Source of the DNA: Myxococcales bacterium
GTDB lineage: Bacteria > Myxococcota_A > Polyangia > Polyangiales > DASUME01
Assembly (NCBI GenBank): GCA_047601445.1
Contig: JASGJH010000001.1
Coordinates: forward strand, 5,344,001-5,408,000
DNA: 64,000 nt
Direction: 5' to 3'
This document shows, one piece after another, positions 61,902-64,000 of this stretch. The position numbers and the translations under genes were made by a program. The notes beneath the pieces are model-generated. The model ran no database searches. It was not told the DNA's origin and worked only from the letters and a program-made list of their open reading frames with translations. How positions within the stretch are numbered: the first letter of the stretch is position 1; each line of letters begins with the position of its first letter.

Positions 61902-62786
61902 ATGCGCAAGCGAAGTCGGCTTGTGGCGATGATGGTGCTCTGCGCGCAAGCCAGCTTGGCGTCGGCCCAAGAGGGCCCGCAGGCGCCAGCCAATCCTGCG
62001 CCGATCGAAACCGGGCCCGACGAGATCGCGCCACGCGAGACTCCCTCGGACGAGAACGCCGTCTACCCGCAGCCCGCACCCCAGCAGCCCGCACCGCCGG
62101 CCGCTCCGAGCGTCGGCTATCCGGTCCCGAGCATCCCGCAATCCCCGAACTCTCCGCCCAATCGCTACGGCACCGATACCTACGTCTCGAACTCCGGGGC
62201 CGTGCTGATCTCGCCGCCCAATCAGCCCTACCGTCTGAGCATGTACCAGAAGTACCCGCTCAAGGTCGACCTGCGCCCCGAGGTGCCCATCCCGCTCACC
62301 GACGATCGCGATTCCTCCACCGTGGGCTTCGGCTTCAGTGCCCTTTTCGGCTGGGACCTCGGCTACCTGCTGCCCACCCTCGGCCTCGGCTGGTCCTGGG
62401 CCCACCTGCACATGCCGCCCGGTTTCCATGACGACCACCGCAATCTCAAGCGCTTTCACATGAACTTCGGCCTGGTCGGCGAGTTCGAGAACGACAGCGT
62501 GGTGACCCCCATCGTGGGCGCCTTCGTCGACCTCAACTGGTGGCACGTCTCGGGCGACAACAGCATCGCCTGCGGCGGCTACTACTACTGGGGCTGCTAC
62601 GAAGTGCAGAACTATCGCTACACCACGGGCTTCAGCTTCATCGCCGGCATCGACCTGCGCGTCTTCCGCAACGACCGCTTCACCATCGGCACCGGCGTAC
62701 TCCCGCAGGTAACCCTCAGGGGCGGCCCCTTCCCCGAGAGCGAATGGTGGCTCGCGCCCTACGCAGTGTTCACCGCGCGCAACTGA
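61902..62786 (+). CDS. Exported protein, Pro-rich linker + probable small OM beta-barrel
   Basis: Signal ending ASA-QE; alternating aromatic/Gly beta strands. Confidence 0.65.
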   Translation: MRKRSRLVAMMVLCAQASLASAQEGPQAPANPAPIETGPDEIAPRETPSDENAVYPQPAPQQPAPPAAPSVGYPVPSIPQSPNSPPNRYGTDTYVSNSGAVLISPPNQPYRLSMYQKYPLKVDLRPEVPIPLTDDRDSSTVGFGFSALFGWDLGYLLPTLGLGWSWAHLHMPPGFHDDHRNLKRFHMNFGLVGEFENDSVVTPIVGAFVDLNWWHVSGDNSIACGGYYYWGCYEVQNYRYTTGFSFIAGIDLRVFRNDRFTIGTGVLPQVTLRGGPFPESEWWLAPYAVFTARN

Positions 62787-62826
62787 GACGCATCGCCCGA
62801 CTCGTGCTGGCGTGGTGGGCCGACGG

Positions 62827-62862
62827 AAAACAAAAAGGAGCCCCCTGAGGCGCTCCCTTCTT
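62827..62862 (-). terminator. Probable intrinsic terminator between convergent genes
   Basis: GGAGC..GCTCC stem flanked by an A-tract (T-tract on minus) and CTTCTT. Confidence 0.55.
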
Positions 62863-62890
62863 CACGTGTTCTCGCGAACCCGTATGCCGA

Positions 62891-64000
62891 TCACATGCTG
62901 GTGACCACGGCACCCAGGGCAAGGCTCCAGAACTTCTTCTCGGGGTCGCCGTCCCAGTTCTTGTAGGAATCGTCGCTAGCAAGCTCGTAGCGGAACTCGG
63001 GACGAATCACGAGCGCGCTGCTGTTGGGCACGGGCTTGAAGTCGAGCGTGCCGGTGAGCGTGGTCAGGTGGGTCTTGCCCGCAACGGGCGCCCCGGTGAC
63101 GTAGCCCTGGATGAGCTGCGAGTTGGCGCTGTCGCTCAGGTACTCGACGCGAGCCGCGGCGCCGAACCAGTTGGTGAAGGAGTAACCGGGAGCCACGCTG
63201 ACGCCCCACCAGTTTTCCAGGTCGCCGGAGCCCTTGACCTTGTAGAGGTTCAAGTCCGCGTTCAGCACGACCTTGAAGTCACCGAAGGTGCCGGTACCCA
63301 CGAAGTCGAAGAAGTCCTGGAAGTTCTTGGTGGCGAGCGCCTCGTCGTCGCCATCGCGCGGGGTCAGGCCGCCGAGCCAGCCGACCGCGAAGAAGAGCTC
63401 GTCGGTGGGCGTGGCCACGACTTGCAGACCGAGCGAGGGGCTCTTGTTGCCTTCGTAGGCCGTGTTCACGCCGTTCACGAGCAGGGCGTTGATGGCGAGC
63501 TTGTCGGTGACCGCGAGGTTGGCGCGCAGACCCGTGTGCCAGAAGGGCTGCATGGAGTAGTAGAGAGCGCCGCGCGAGTAGTTCATGTTGCGCCAGCTCT
63601 CGAACACTTCAGCGCCGTAGATCGTGTAGAACTGGCCCATGTCCAGCGTCAGCTTGCTGAAGGGCTTCCAGGTCGCGTAGGCCTGCAGGATGTTCTCGAT
63701 GCCGAACGGGCTCTGGTCCTGTGCATAGAAGCGGTTGACCGAAGGACCGAAGCGCAGGCTGATGGTGGCGCCGAACTTCTCACCCGAGTAGGCCGCGTCG
63801 AGACCGGCGGAGGCCAGGGTGAAGCCGCTGTTCTGCACGTAGGCGTCCCAGCCGTTGGTCACCTGCGGACCGGCGTTGGTGCCGTTCGGGACGTTGGAGC
63901 CGTAGACCTTGGAACCGTCCACGACGGGAAGGCGGCGGCGGTTGCTGTCACTGCGCAGCGCTCCGTACGCGTCGACGTAGGCACCGAGGGTGAAATTGTC
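62891..64000 (-). CDS. Outer-membrane beta-barrel porin (BBP2/DUF1597-like), 5' end outside window
   Basis: Open frame to the window edge; GAYVDAY, I.QAYATW, D.GQF.T.YGAEV.ES..N.NYSR...Y...QPF.HTG.R, R.E.RY. Confidence 0.8.
   Translation of the reverse strand, partial: DNFTLGAYVDAYGALRSDSNRRRLPVVDGSKVYGSNVPNGTNAGPQVTNGWDAYVQNSGFTLASAGLDAAYSGEKFGATISLRFGPSVNRFYAQDQSPFGIENILQAYATWKPFSKLTLDMGQFYTIYGAEVFESWRNMNYSRGALYYSMQPFWHTGLRANLAVTDKLAINALLVNGVNTAYEGNKSPSLGLQVVATPTDELFFAVGWLGGLTPRDGDDEALATKNFQDFFDFVGTGTFGDFKVVLNADLNLYKVKGSGDLENWWGVSVAPGYSFTNWFGAAARVEYLSDSANSQLIQGYVTGAPVAGKTHLTTLTGTLDFKPVPNSSALVIRPEFRYELASDDSYKNWDGDPEKKFWSLALGAVVTSM

Overview
High-GC bacterial chromosomal window whose gene content points to a myxobacterium (Myxococcota, probably Polyangia-like; inference). 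The indicators are many Hanks-type Ser/Thr kinases, FHA proteins, TPR-PEGA proteins, Cys-rich lipoproteins with DAG/DGG linkers and a MYXO-CTERM-like tail. Housekeeping and metabolic genes include galT-galK, hisD, lon, cydAB, a P450 with a TetR regulator, two GMC oxidoreductases, a beta-carbonic anhydrase, bcp and a truncated globin. Five points stand out. (1) Two paralogous trans-envelope signalling modules (Ser/Thr kinase + TPR-PEGA protein + variable lipoprotein cargo, one with an ECF-like sigma) whose kinases share a C-terminal G-x-L-x-x-S-E-F tail; one cargo carries animal-type LDL-receptor class A repeats. (2) Three paralogous tandem-LuxR regulators, one behind a sigma54 promoter facing an FHA enhancer-binding protein. 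(3) Two inverted heptamer arrays, (GGCCATC)26 and (GATGGCC)~50, enclosing decayed IS481 and IS256 elements. (4) Three unrelated genes broken by the same +1 insertion, CAGATC to CAGAATC, suggesting a motif-specific sequencing error at a modified base. (5) A G-U-rich, GNRA-capped hairpin downstream of lon. No rRNA, tRNA or CRISPR array was seen. All calls come from reading motifs by eye; no database searches were run.
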